64,000 nucleotides of DNA, taken from sequence record NC_070952.1, one strand, 5' to 3'. Below, piece after piece: positions 64,000 to 64,000 of the stretch. A program made the position numbers and the translations under genes. Within the stretch, counting starts at the first letter, position 1. Each line of letters opens with the position of its first letter. A model generated the notes under the pieces. The model was not told the origin of the DNA and ran no database searches. It saw only the letters and a list, made by a program, of their open reading frames with translations.

Positions 64000-64000
64000 A

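Noticed and set aside
1-64000. tRNA, rRNA, chimallin, PhuZ tubulin, endolysin, alternative genetic code
   Set aside because: No cloverleaf or rRNA-like stretch seen, no ORF carries those signatures, and all core genes are intact in the standard code. Nucleus formation is inferred from family membership only

Overview
The whole window is core genome of a phiKZ-like, nucleus-forming jumbo myophage (Chimalliviridae-type). No host genes, rRNA, tRNA, CRISPR array or integrase were seen. The assignment rests on motifs plus gene order recalled from phiKZ. In order the window has: non-virion RNA polymerase (nvRNAP) beta C-half and beta' C-half, an SF2 helicase, a virion RNAP beta' fragment, the exonuclease/motif-A half of a split family B DNA polymerase, a long head/baseplate cluster, DnaB, major capsid protein, nvRNAP beta N-half, portal, RuvC and overlapping spanins. 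phiKZ gene numbers are from memory and synteny, not from a search, and the exact phage and host cannot be named. Most notable observations: (1) a T-TTT-TTC slippery site that would fuse a T4 gp26-like gene to an SD-less gp51-like ORF by -1 frameshifting, like the P2 E/E' or lambda G/GT tail chaperones; (2) about 11 sequence-related YTAC/GTAR intergenic hairpins, often flanked by CATA...TATG and separated from their U-tracts; (3) an M48-like HExxH protease gene in the head cluster; (4) an orphan HigA-like gene behind a near-consensus CsrA site; (5) a three-gene paralog cluster and a stand-alone, strongly codon-biased membrane protein gene, each behind a shared 19-bp promoter-like motif.
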